64,000 nt of DNA, taken from positions 55,118,001 through 55,182,000 of the forward strand of contig NC_043005.1 of assembly GCF_006345805.1 (NCBI RefSeq), in the 5' to 3' direction. Under the pieces are notes generated by a model. The model was not told the DNA's origin. It did not search any database and saw only the letters and a list, made by a program, of their open reading frames with translations. This stretch comes from Octopus sinensis (Eukaryota). This document shows, in pieces, positions 1 through 12,712 of this stretch (the first letter of the stretch is position 1; each line of letters starts with the position of its first letter). The translations under genes were made by a program, and so were the position numbers.

Positions 1-999
1 ATCAGAATACCACCTTTCAATTAATGCTTAATCATGTAATGTAGATAGAATTCATTAGATGATGATGATGATCATTATCATCATCATCATCATCTTTGAT
101 GTTTTGAACTTTTTTTTTTTTTTTGTTTTTTTTATTTCTGTGAGTAGCGGTGTGACCAGTACAATTGTACTCATGACCTTCTTTCTCTCAGCCTATCTAT
201 CATTTATCTATCACATGTTTGATATTGATTTTATAAGTATTCCATTTTTAAATTTCCTCATTACACAAATTCTCTCCCATGAATAAATGTAATTATCACT
301 TGAAGAATTTTTGTTGAAATGCACTATTTAAATAACTCATTTTTGCCCCTTGACAAATACTGGTGATTTCATATTAATTAATAATTAGTTCAGTAGACTT
401 AATAATATACGTAATATCTTACTTTAATTTTTTTTTTTTTTTTTTTTTCTTTAGGTAAGTCGAGAACTTTTCAAGATTCATAGCTTAAATGGATTACGTA
501 ACTTCTCAAAATGTTTTGTTTTGGAGATCATGCCTTGTGAAGGTAAGGAGGTCCTTTCTGCCTCTGTCAAACATTCAATACTGTCTCACATTTACAATAT
601 TACATACACTATCTTCTAGATTATCTTAACATAGTTATATGCTTTATATATGTTAATGACTTTTGAAATTATTAATAAAAATTAGAAAAGAAAATTTCCT
701 TGTTTTGTGTTTTTGCAGTCATGAATATCTTGGTGACTGACAGGCTCACACCTGATATTAAAATAAGAAGCTTTTCAAATCAAAAATAGCATTATAAATA
801 TAAAACTTCTACTTTTTTTTGTGTTAGAATACATATGTGCTCTATTTTTACTATTTCTCAGCCATCAATGCAAACAATGTGAATATGTTATTTCCATATA
901 CTTTCTCTATGTGTTTCTTATAAAAGCCATCGTTTTGTGTAACTTTGAGAAAGTGTGTGAATCGTAACATAATCACCATAAAAGTTGAAATGCTGGTGA

Positions 1000-1960
1000 C
1001 AAAAAATAAAAGAAGAAAGAAAGCTGAGAAGTAGTTTTATTATGAAAAACATATTAGGCAGAGTTGTATGGTGGCAGGGTGGGATAAGGGGCACCAAGTC
1101 ATATATAAGAAAACTCTTCCTTTAGTGAATACTATCAAAAAGTCAGACATAGTTTTATACACTGGAGAAGTTACAGTAAACAAAGCTATAAAGAAGATGA
1201 AAATGGTAAAGCCATTGGCAGGGCCATTAACTGGCATTGTTAAATTGGACCAAAAAAGAAAATAGAAAAACAACACCTTCAGGATAGGTAAACTTGGAGC
1301 TGATCATTGAAGCAAGTAATTCACGAGGGTGTTATCCCCAATGTCTGTCAAGTTGCTTTCATTATAAATTTATAATAGTAAGAATTATACTCTAGAGCAG
1401 TGGTTCTCAACTGGAGGCCCCTGAGGGTCCATATAAGATTTTTGGGGGTCTATGCAACAAAATAGTAAATTGTGGATCCACAGTAGTTTTTTGAGGGCCC
1501 CTGAAAAAATTTTGCGTTAAATATATGTATTGGTATGTGCTGCAAAAAACAGGTCCCTTTCTCTAACATTTTACATAGATTAACCTACACAAGTTAATGT
1601 GTGAAAAACAAAATAGAATTTTGGAAGAAGTTTCTATAAAACAACTTTTTAAACATTAAATGGTTATGGGGATCCACCAGAATAAAATAGTAATCAAAGT
1701 GGTCCATGGATAAAAAATGCTTGAGAATCCCTGCACTAGAGAGTGTGAGGGTGATGTAAGAAATGATTGAGTAATGAAGGCAGTAAAACAGTTAGTTCTT
1801 AGTGGAACTTGTTTAAGCCAATTAATAAAAACTACATGCAGGTTTCTTTGAGACGAAGAATACAGATGCATTGTTCTTTGCAAAATGGATGCAACATAAA
1901 TAGTTGGTGTTGAGGACAAAATTAATCCTTCTTTGGTTTAATTTAAATGTCTGACACAGT
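1000..1960 (+). pseudogene. Highly decayed RTE-type LINE RT-region fragment interrupted by a hAT MITE
   Basis: VNKAIKKMKMVKPLAGPLTGI resembles the RTE motif AIKxMKxGKAxGPxGI; EGVIPN follows; a TDALF-like motif appears after the MITE. Confidence 0.45.
1398..1733. mobile_element. hAT (Charlie-type) MITE, 336 bp
   Basis: TIRs CAGTGGTTCTCAA / TTGAGAATCCCTG (11/13 match); 8-bp TSD CTCTAGAG (1390-97) / CACTAGAG (1734-41), fitting the NTCTAGAN target. Confidence 0.85.
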
Positions 1961-2110
1961 TGTTTTAAGTGGTAGTCATAGAAAAATTACAGGTAAAAAT
2001 GACAGAGATCATTTAAAAGCAGAATATAAAATCTTCTAACTTATAAGCAATATGCCATAGAATATTTCAAGTTCAAATATGTGTGTGTGTATGCGTGTAT
2101 TTATATATAT

Positions 2111-2149
<39 letters not shown>

Positions 2150-2920
2150 GACACACATATGCCTACACACACACAAACCCTACTGCCCTTTCTACCCTGT
2201 CTTCTCTCTTTCTCACTAGCCCTTTACATTTCTCCTCTTCTTTTCCCTGTCCCCTTCCATACTCCCCCTCCCAAAAGTGTCTGTTTTGTTACTCTCTCCC
2301 CTATTTTCCTCTCATAACAATGAAGCTGTTATTTTCATCTTATTTCACCTGCCATCTCTTCACCTAAAATCATTGCTCACTCTCTCTCTCTCTCTCTCTC
2401 CCTCTCTCTCCTATTCTCCTTTAAGCTGTGTTGGTTCTTTAGTTTTGCCTAGTTCCAAGATGATCAGTTTAGTGTTAGTGTCCCACGAATAAGTGCACGC
2501 CCAGTACCCTCTAAAATATCTGGTGTTGGATCAGGCATCCAGCCATTGAAACCATCATTGAAACCATGCCAAAACTACATACAACCTGTGAAGCATGACA
2601 TTGTCCTTTGAAATGTCCAATCCATGTCAGCATAGAAGGTGGACATAAAATGATGGCTGGGGCACCACCACCACACACACACTGGTTATTTTACTTTTAT
2701 TCTTCAGTCCAAAATGCATTTTGCAAATCCTGATGGATCTTCTTTCCTCCATTCACCCTTCATCAACTTGATTCCAACTCCTCTAACATATTCAGTAAAT
2801 CTTAATGTTTTTTTTTTTTGCTGATTCATTCCAACATGCACATTAGTTTGATAATTTAATAGACAACCTTCTTTGTTAATGTTACTAAACCAAGAAGCCT
2901 TCTCTTCAGCTTAGTCAGTT

Positions 2921-3299
2921 TAAAGGCACCATTTGAGTATGATCACTACCAGCATCGCCTTACTGGCACTTGTGCCCGTGCTAGTAGGGTGCCAAGAGCA
3001 CCATCCAAGCGTGATCGTTGCCAGAGTGACAAACTGGCTTCCATGCCAGTGGCACATAAAAGGGACCATTCGAATATGATTGTTACCAGCGTCGCCTTAC
3101 TGGTACCTGTGCCGGTGGCACGTAAAAAGCACCCACTACACTCTCAGAGTGGTTGGCGTTAGGAAGGGCATCAAGCTGTAGAAACTCTGCCAGATCAAGA
3201 TTGGAGCCTGGTGCAGCCATTTGGTTCGCCAGCCCTCAGTCAAAATCGTCCAACCCATGCTAACATGGAAAGCGGACATTAAACGATGATGATGATGAT
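2921..3299 (+). mobile_element. SINE/LINE-tail family D with internal subrepeats and (GAT)n tail
   Basis: GGTTGGCGTTAGGAAGGGCATC..GCTGTAGAAAC..CCATGC..GGACATTAAACGATGATG; related copies at ~2520-2655, 7370-7525, 21868-21940(-), 48055-48340(-), 60810-61025. Confidence 0.75.
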
Positions 3300-3407
3300 A
3301 GAGTTTTGTGAACTATATAATCACTTGCCAACTGTATAAACATTAAAAGTATGTTAGTCAATCAGTAGCTTCCTTTGCCAATAAGGGGGGAAAAAGGATA
3401 AAAAAAA

Positions 3408-4490
3408 GTCCTACTACAGGCACAAGGCCTAAAATTTGCAGGGAACAAGCTAGTTGATTACATTTACCCTACTGCGCAACTGGTACTTATTTCATTGTCT
3501 GAAAAGATGAAGGCAAAGTTGACTTTGATGGAATTTGAACTCAGGATGCAAAGTTGATATAGATGCCACTAAGCATTTTGTCCAGTATACTCTTTTACTT
3601 GTTTCAGTCATTTGACTGCAGCCATGCTGGAGCACTGCTTTTAGTCGAACAAATCCACTCCAGGTGTTATTCTTTGTAAGCTTAGTACTTATTCCATCGG
3701 TCCCTTTTCCAAACCACTAAGTTACGGGGATGTAAACACACAAAATTCCTTTGTCAAGCAATGGTGGTGGGGACAAACACAGACACACAAATACATACAT
3801 ATATATATATATATATAACAGGTTTCTTTCAGTTTCCGTCTACCAAATCCACTCATAAGGCTTTGGTTGGCCCAAGGCTATAGTAGAAGACACTTATCCA
3901 AGGTGCCCTGCAATGGGACTGAACCCGGAACCATGTGGTTGGGAAGCAAGCTTCTTACCACACAGCCACTCCTGTGCCTAGCTTTTTACCACACAGCCAC
4001 TCCTGCTAACGATTTTTCCAGCTCACCGCCTTGATAATAATAATAATCCTTTCTACTATAGCACAAGGCCTGAAATTTTAGGGAATGGGGCTACTTGATT
4101 ACATTGATCCCAGTACTCAACCAGTACTTATTTTATTGACCCTGAAAGAATGAAAAGCAAAGTTGACTGCAATGAAATTTGAACTCGGAGCATAAAGATG
4201 GACAAAATGATACTAAACTCTTTGTCCAGTGGGCTAACGATTCTGCTAGCTCACCACAATAATAATAATAATAATAATAGTAATAATCCTTTCTACTGAA
4301 AGCACAAGGCCTCAAATTTGGGGGAAGGGATTACATCAACCCCAGTGCGTAACTGGTACTAATTTTATCGAACCTGAAAGGATGACAGCAAAGTCAACCT
4401 TGGTGGAATTTGAACTCAGAACTTAACGACAGACGAAATACCACTAAGCATTTCACCCTGCGTGCTAATGATTCTGCCAGCTTGCCACTT
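3408..4490 (-). mobile_element. SINE cluster: family B copies (3408-3590 + 4003-4033, 4046-4258, 4286-4490) with a nested family A copy (3590-3980)
   Basis: Shared GGAATTTGAACTCAG B-box-like motif, AACTGGTACTTATTT and CACAAGGCC; (TAA)n spacers. Confidence 0.8.
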
Positions 4491-4967
4491 TAGTAATAAT
4501 AATAACAATAATAATAATAAACTACGTTACTTTTGTTGTACCATCCATCATGGCAAGTTCAACAATGTTTTTGTAGCTTGCTAACCTCATTGCAGTTGAA
4601 TCCCTTTTCAGTATTACTTCATGCTCCATTAATTATTCAGGGACATCTGTTAGCCAAGTCATTTTCTCAGTGCTGAAAGACTGGCCAGGACTGAAAGTGG
4701 GTTAACTAATTCTTATGAAATATCTAGTTCATTAGTTGTTTTCTGGTTTAACGACTGATAAAAAGACAATAATTCAGTCAGAAGTGAAATCTTTGCTGAT
4801 CACAATGTTATGAAAACACATTGCAAGAACATAAAGAAAAAAGTTGTTTTTTTTTAATTAATTTTTTAAAAAAAGGTCCTGCTGCAGCCAGATTTGGCCG
4901 AATAGGTTATGCTGAGAATACTACCTTATCGATGAATGTCTCTGTTTTATTTTATTTTTTCTCTTTC

Positions 4968-5640
4968 ATGGCTGTGTGGTAAGAAGTTTGTTTTCCAGCC
5001 ACATTTCCAGGCTGAAGTCCTACTGTGCGAAACCCTGGGCAAGTGTCTTCTGCCATAGACTCTTGCCTTGTGAGTGGATTTGGTAGACAAAAACTGAAAA
5101 AAGCTTGTCATATATGTATGTGTGTTTGTCTTCCCTGCCTCTGCTTGACAACCAGTGTTAGTGTGCATATCCCCATGACTAGTAAAAGAGATCAATACAA
5201 TAAATACCTACGTTGATTCATTCTTCAAGGCCCCAACATGGCCACTGTCTAATGACTGCAACAAGTAAACATTGTTCCGAATTCAGTCCCACTGTATGGC
5301 TCCTTGGGCAAGTGGCTTCTACTATAAGCCTTGGGTCAACCAAAGCCTTGTGAATGAATTTCGTAGATGGAAAATGAAAGAAGCCTGGTTGCTTTTTACA
5401 TGTATATATTTATGTGTGTGTGTGTCTGTTTGTCCCCTCACCATCAGTTGACAACTGATGTTGGTGTGTTTACAGCTCTGTAACTTAGCGGCATGGCAAA
5501 AGTGATCAATAGAATAGGTACTAAACTTACATAGAATAAGTCCTGGGGTAAATTTCTTCAGCTAAAAAAACATACCCTTTAAGGAGGTGCTCCAGCATAG
5601 CTGCAGTCAAATGACTGAAGCAACTAAAAGAATAAAAGAG
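4968..5640 (+). mobile_element. Two tandem tRNA-derived SINE family A copies
   Basis: TGGCTGTGTGGTAAGAAG head, TGGGCAAGTG-CTTCT core-like motif, GGATTTGGTAGA, 3' GCAGTCAAATGACTGAA. Confidence 0.75.
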
Positions 5641-5991
5641 TATATTTCCAATGCAAAACACTGCCTATGTACTTCAACTAATTTTGAAAATATTCAAGAA
5701 TTTGAAGAAGTTTAATAAAGAAAATGACAGAGTCATTTAAGCTGGTGTTTTTAAGAACGTAACTTAACAAAAGGTCTTTATCTTTTTACTTAAAATTATG
5801 TTGGAATGTTTTTAAAGTACACTTTTAAAATGGGGAGGGAGTTTGTGTCAAAGAAATAAGGATGACCTTTGGCAAGTTGGTATTAAAAAAAATTTGTTAT
5901 TGTAAATTTCTTTCAACTCTTGACAGATTTTCTACTTCAATTTATATTAAAAAAAAAGACAAGTCTTTTTTCCCTCCTCCAAGTAATAATG

Positions 5992-6030
<39 letters not shown>

Positions 6031-6841
6031 ATAGAGTATTCAATCAAATAATGTTAAAAGTGATTTATTGAATAAGCATTAAGACTCAATTTTCGAGTAG
6101 AAATGAAATGTAAGGTTGTGAGGTTTATGCTAAGAGCAATTAGAACCATAATGCAAAGTAGTCAGCCTGAAGGCTTAGGTTATTTGGTGCTAATTGAAAA
6201 GTTACTTATTTCCAGAGGATATAAAGTATGCAGACACTGGTAACTAAAAGTTGAAAGTCTAAGAGTTCTCTCATCTCTTGAGAAATGTTGAAAAGAAAAA
6301 CGAAAGTCGTATGAAGACGACTAAACTTTCTCTTTAGAATTTAGAAACATGATCACTGTGAACCGTTTGTTCTTATAACTCTAAGCGACTTTAATTTATC
6401 CATCAATTCAATGGACACATGTTGCTCTCTTCATCACTGTCATCTTTGATCTTATGATCAGGTATTTAAAAAAAACAAAACAAAAAATAACAACAAAAAA
6501 AAACGTCATTTGTTTCATTATTTGATGCTGTCATGCCAAAATTGTATTGTTTTACATATGAGGTTGCACCTTGGTTAATTTTTAAAGATTACTTCTCAGA
6601 TGGTTATGGATATTGTTATCTTTCATGACTTCTTAAGGAGGTAGGATGATCCTTCAACTGGACTCGTGGTTAAGAAGGCCATTTTGCAACCACATGGTTT
6701 TGGGATCAGTCACTTTGTGTAGCACCTTAGGAAAATGTCTTTTACTGTAGTCTCAGGTTGACCAGTACTTCGTACTTTGATTGGAATTTGGTAGAGGAAA
6801 ACTGTGTGGAAGCTTGTCACGTGTGTGTATATGTATTTGTC

Positions 6842-6882
<41 letters not shown>

Positions 6883-6896
6883 CATATATATGTATA

Positions 6897-7285
6897 TATC
6901 ATCAGTAAATCATGAATCCAAGAGAAGCACGCACCAATGGCTAGCTATTAGGGTCTGATGAGGCGTATGTAAAGCTAATTGTTTTATGGACGCGAAACCC
7001 TGGGTAACCCTATGAACCAGCCATAGCTATCTTTATCAAAATGTGTGTGTGTGTATGGATGTATGTAGGCAAATCAAAAGTAAAAACAGGAAAAAAAAAC
7101 AACAAAAGTCAAATAGATGTACACACAGAATGTATTAGGTTGACGCTCATTGGAAGTTTTAGATGGAAAAGTAGGAACAGAAATAGTGTTTTGGGCATGG
7201 CTCTTCGTCAGAAAGAGGAAAATCTTTATATTTGAGCGATGTATTATATATGTTTCTGTGTTTAAGCCTGTGTCCCTTAAATCAT
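6897..7285. mobile_element. Probable Penelope-like retroelement terminal fragments between (TA)n/(TG)n microsatellites
   Basis: Unique sequence bounded by TA repeats, carrying one intact (+) and one decayed (-) hammerhead motif; no RT/EN coding sequence seen. Confidence 0.5.
6937..7024 (+). ncRNA. Type I hammerhead ribozyme, probably Penelope-like-element derived
   Basis: Stem I TAGGGT(6949-54)/ACCCTA(7007-12) with distal ATGGCT/AGCCAT; core CTGATGA(6955-61); extra G; stem II GCGT/ACGC; GAAA(6994-97); stem III ACCC-T-GGGT; cleavage triplet GTA(7004-06). Confidence 0.8.
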
Positions 7286-7300
7286 ATAAATACATATAAG

Positions 7301-7339
<39 letters not shown>

Positions 7340-8070
7340 AGTAAGAGAGAGAGAGAGTCAAGTGAAATGATTGTTGTAGCCAATGCCAGTACTGCCTGAC
7401 TGGCACCTGTTCCAGTGGCCTGTAAAAAGCACCATTCAAGCATGGTTGATGCCAGTACCACCTGACTGGCCCTCATGCCAGTGGCACATAAAAAGCACCC
7501 ACTACATTCTCGGAGTGGTTGGCGTTAGGAAGTGCATCCAGCTGTAGAAACCTTGCCAAATAAGACTGGAGCCTGGCACAGCCCTAATATTCACACACAC
7601 ATACATATATTTATTGTGTGTGTGTGTGTTATAATAATACTCTGATAGTGATTACCATTTTAACTTCACTTCTTTCACATTTCATCTTTATTGCATTCTC
7701 ATTTGACATTCTGAAGAGTTTTCGTGAAACAATTTGATCATCCCTTATATGGTGATTAATTTTTTTTTATTGAATAAAAGCTATAAACACTCTGTGTGTG
7801 TACATATCTATCTGTCTTTATCTATCTATTTATTTATGTATGTATTTTTGTCTATGTGTGTGTGTATACACACACATGCACACACACGCACACACAACGC
7901 ACATGCCAGGATAGAAAATGTCTGTTAAATGCTGGTGATGATTACATTCATTTCATATATATTTTTACACCCACCAATATACAGTGTTCTTGAATGCATT
8001 AGTTTGAATGCTATATATATATATACACACATACTCACACACACACACATGCACACACACACACACACAT

Positions 8071-8103
<33 letters not shown>

Positions 8104-9080
8104 CACACACACTTGATAGTTTCTGTGAAACTATATGCACATTTATAGACTCTGTGGGTGTGTAAATACTTCAGCAGCTCAATATGTACATAAGTACTTA
8201 AGATCTTGGGTTTTTCTGATTCCCTGCTAGGCTGAAGTGTACCCCCACATTAGTGTATTGCTCACATTTCTAGAATAGTTCAGCTACCTCATACTCAAAA
8301 GTATTCTAGGTTGCATCCTGAACAGCAGCAACAACAACAACAACATCAAAAAAAGTGACCCAATTAACTGATTGGCAACCCTTCTGATCACCGACATGTT
8401 ACAGCCGTAAACACATAATCATGCTGTGTTCTTTTCTCTATCTTCTCTACCGTTATTATAATCGGTCTGTAAAATACGACCATGTATACTGTTTGGTGTC
8501 CAACCCAAACCATTTCACTGTTGCATTTTCCTCAACTATTATCATTAACTCAGCTCTTTACCTCATGCACCAGTTTGATTCCATATTAAAAGTTTTCCCA
8601 AAACCACAACCATCTGAATCTCTTTGGGCCCGCTTTCCCGTTATTTTTTCTTACAAAACTCAACTATATCAGTCTCAACTATCTGGTGGAAACCAGAAAG
8701 ATTTCTTAATTCTTACCTCTCTCCATAGACAAAATAATTTTTTTCTTTCCTATTGGCACAAATCCTGAAATTTTCGTGGATAGTGTTCAACTGGTACATA
8801 TTTTATCGAAAGGCTACCCTTGGTAGAATTTGAACTCATTACATGAAGATGGGTGAAATGCTACTAAGTATTTTGTCCGGCATGCTAATGATTCTGCCAG
8901 CTTGCTGCTTTTCCATAGAAAATAATGAAAATGGATGTTTTAAACACATGTATATTCATAGAAGAGGAGCTGAAGGAATTAATTCAAATTGGATTATCAC
9001 AACATACATATTTTAAATTTCTCTACAAGTTGGAAAAAAATAATAAAAAATGCACTTATATATATATATATATATATATA

Positions 9081-9786
9081 CTAGCGTTAAAGACCCGTCG
9101 TTGCCGGGTCATAGTGCTAGTGCATGTATATATGTGTACATATTACATGTACATCTATATATATACATCTACACATAAAATGCAAAATACAAAGTTATAT
9201 CTTGATATCGCTAGTGATAACAATACTCAAAATATATAACAGACTGGAATTGTTAGCTCTTCTTTTTTCTCTACATCGTATACTTTATAGACAATAGTCT
9301 TTTCTTTAATTTAATTTTTTATTATCTATCTGGACTATTTCATTTCTGCGCGCTAATTTTATTTTTAATTTATTCCCTTTCATGTGAAACCACTTATTCA
9401 AGTTCAAATCATTGATGCAATTTTATACCAATTGCTATTTTCACTTTTGTTATGTTACGATTATATTATACTTTAGTTTGATTTTAATTATTACTTACTA
9501 CATATAATTCAATTGTTAAAGTGAAAGCATCTGACATAAAATAGAAAAATATTTTTGTTTCACTTTTAACACGTAATAATGAAATAGTGGAGAAGATATG
9601 ATATTGCTATGGGCTCGCTCTAGGCAAGAAGTTGAACTTTTTTTTTTTTTTTGCCCATGAAACTATATGGACCCTAAGTAAGGCATGTGTAAAATTTGAA
9701 TGAAATTGGTTGTGTAGTTCTCAAGTTTTAGGGAAACACACAGACAGACAGACAGATACACATTCTCAGTTTTATATATATAAAGA
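9081..9786 (-). mobile_element. Non-autonomous Helitron
   Basis: On the - strand it starts A|TC (9786) and ends with hairpin GACCCG-N7-CGGGTC (9092-9110) followed by CTAG|T (9081); internal (CAGA)n; inserted in (TA)n. Confidence 0.75.
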
Positions 9787-11155
9787 TATATATTATAAAT
9801 AACTACACACACACATTTGTGTTGTATGCTTATAAAGAAATCATGTCCGTGCATGGATTTACATGGGTGGAATCTCCCCCACCACCTTTTAACATCTATG
9901 CACTCACTCATTGTCAGGCCAACTATAGGAAGCAGGGTTATCTGCATTGTTTGCGGGCAAAGCATCATGGTTCCAATAGAATTTGAACTCAGCATCTTAA
10001 CCTGACCAATTATGCTTTATAGTTGTATGTATACGTTTATTTAACTTATTACAGTAGAGGTGTGCGTATAGCTATATAGACGAGCAGGTGTACCGGATGT
10101 TTCTGTATCTAAAGTTCGATCTTATTGGGCATTTCATTAGATGCCAGGCAATCTTCAGTTTTACAGCAATCTTTTTACTTGTATCAGTCATTAGACTGTG
10201 GCCATGCTGGGGCATCACCTTGAAGAGTTTTTACTGCTCAAATGAATTGAGATGGTAATATTTTAGAAAATTTTAAATGCAGCTATTTTGTACTGTAGCT
10301 GCTCCACAGAACTTCACTTGCTTATTATCATTATAGTAAAAACATACTTCTTTAATTAATTTTTTTTCTTTCTGTGTGTGTGTGCGTGGTTTATTTGTTT
10401 AATTTTTTTTTTTTTTTGTATCCATGCTCACATGGGCTGCATGGCATTTCTTGAATCGGAACTCTATCAGTGGATGCCCTTCCTGATGATATCAGCCTTT
10501 ATTTATTGTGTACGCTACTTTATTCCATGCCTTTCTTTGCATGTTGAAAACGCTGCTGGAAGTTCCGTTTATGGGAGATATAAGCAACGTGTGAACGCAA
10601 ATCACACACTTGGACAGATACGCATGAACACACCCTTCTGTGTCCGCACACACACACACACACACATTTCTATACAGTTTCCAATCAACCAAATTTCACT
10701 CAATTAGTTCCTTAGTTTTATATTCCCCAAGATTTTACAAGACTTTTCTTTTTTAACAAACTTGACTGCATATAAGTGTATTACAATATTCTATACTGCA
10801 TCTTTCTTTCTCTGTCTCCCTCTCACTCTCCCTGTATTAGATTTCTTACATTTTAAAATTTTTATATATATACTCGCAGGTGATTTTTGAGTTTCTTTCA
10901 TCCCTTATTTCTAAAATTAAAAAAAAAAGAGGATTTAAAACAAAAAAGAAACCTTTATTTTTTTTTTGTTTTAATCCTCTCTTTAGTATTTAAAAGTAAA
11001 CTCTGGGTGTTGTTCCTTACTTTCTGTTATCCGTTTGTACAACTCTGCTTCATCAATCATATATTTAATTAAATATCATAACTGCCGGTTGTTATCTGTT
11101 AGAAACCTTTTTTTTTTTTTCTTCCTTTCAAAAAGAAAAAAAAAACAAAAAAGGG

Positions 11156-11187
<32 letters not shown>

Positions 11188-12329
11188 TTAATAATAATAA
11201 TAATAATCATAGTGATAATGATACAACTTAGGCTTTTCTGATGTCTTTTTTTTCTGTTACTTTCATATGAGTTAGGTTTCTGAATAGCTGATTTCATTGT
11301 CACTTCAATAGTTGACATGGTTTCATTATCAAATTTTCACTGAATTCTTTTGCTGGAATCTTCACATTACTCATATTATTTGACATTTGGGGAGGTTTTG
11401 CAGGCTTTTTCTTTTTCTCTTCTTTTCTTTTTTTTTTTTTTTTTTTTTTGTTACTCTCACTCTCTCTCTTTCACACACACTCTTTTATTTCTATTTCTAC
11501 TGCTGGCCCTCCCCTACCATTTCTCTAAGTGTCCCTCCCCTACTGTTCATTTATCTTGGCCTCTCCCACCTTACCTACTTTACACCCAATCAAATTCATG
11601 TAGTGTATGTATGTTAAAATTGAGGTCAGGGGAACCATTAAAAGGGACATCCTGTCTTGCATGAACTTGAGTAATTTTTCTCCTTGCAAATGGTCAATGG
11701 ACTAGGAGGTGTGTCTGCACCAACATCAAGGTGAACTAGTGCCCTGTTTTTCACAGTTGACTTTGCCACAGCATCATCATCATCATCATTATTTTGTTAG
11801 GTAGGCTAGTTTACAAGAGATATCATTCACTGCCATTTGAAAGACTCCAGCATATTTGAAAACACAAGCACAAAAACCATCATCTCACTTTTATAGCTTT
11901 ATATTGAGATCAAATTATATTCATCCAAGCTTCCGTTACATATATATTGTGTGTGTGTGTGTGTGTGTGTGTGTGGTGTTTACGCTGAATGGTAAAGCAG
12001 TTTGTTTCAGAACCACAAGATCTTTGGTTTGTTTCCACTCAGTAGCTTCTTGGGTTGACCTATATTTTGTGATTAAAACTGGGTCGGCAGAAGCCTGTCA
12101 AATGGGTTGCACATGTAATTCAAAGGCACTGACTTCTCACAAATTGTGTCACGCTGGTTCTGCCTATGAATTATCTTGATACACTGATATAATAAGCAGG
12201 TAATTCTAGTCATGAAACACTTGAATCTTTATTGTTGAAAAGGATCCAGAACCTTCCAGTTGATGTTTGATGTTTGTGTATTTGTGAAGTTATCTACATA
12301 ACCTATTTATCTACATTTTATATATATTC

Positions 12330-12712
12330 TTTTACTTGTTTCTATTATTTGACTGCGGCCATGCTGAAGCACCACATTTAGTCGAGCGAATCCACCCAAG
12401 ACTTATTCTTTGTAAGCCAAGTACTTATTCTATCAGTCTCTTTTGTCGAACCGCTAAGCTACAGAGATCTAAACATGCCAGCAGTGTTTGTCAAGCGATA
12501 CTGGCGGGGACAAGTACAGACACATAATCATACGCACACACACACTTATATGTATACGATGGGCTTCTTTCAGTTTCCGTCTACCAAATCCACTCACAAG
12601 GCTGTGGTCGGCCCAAGGCCAAAGTAAAAAGCACTTGCCCAAGATGCCATGCTGTGGGACTGAACCTGGAACCCTGTGGTTGGTAAGCAGGCCACTTACC
12701 ACACAGCCACTT
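12330..12712 (-). mobile_element. SINE family A, near full length
   Basis: Reverse complement aligns with 34502-34879 along its length. Confidence 0.8.

Noticed and set aside
7710-7745. CTGAAGA..GAAAC hammerhead-like words (also CTGACGA on - at 33248 and CTGAAGA on - at 49335)
   Set aside because: Stems I-III cannot be formed
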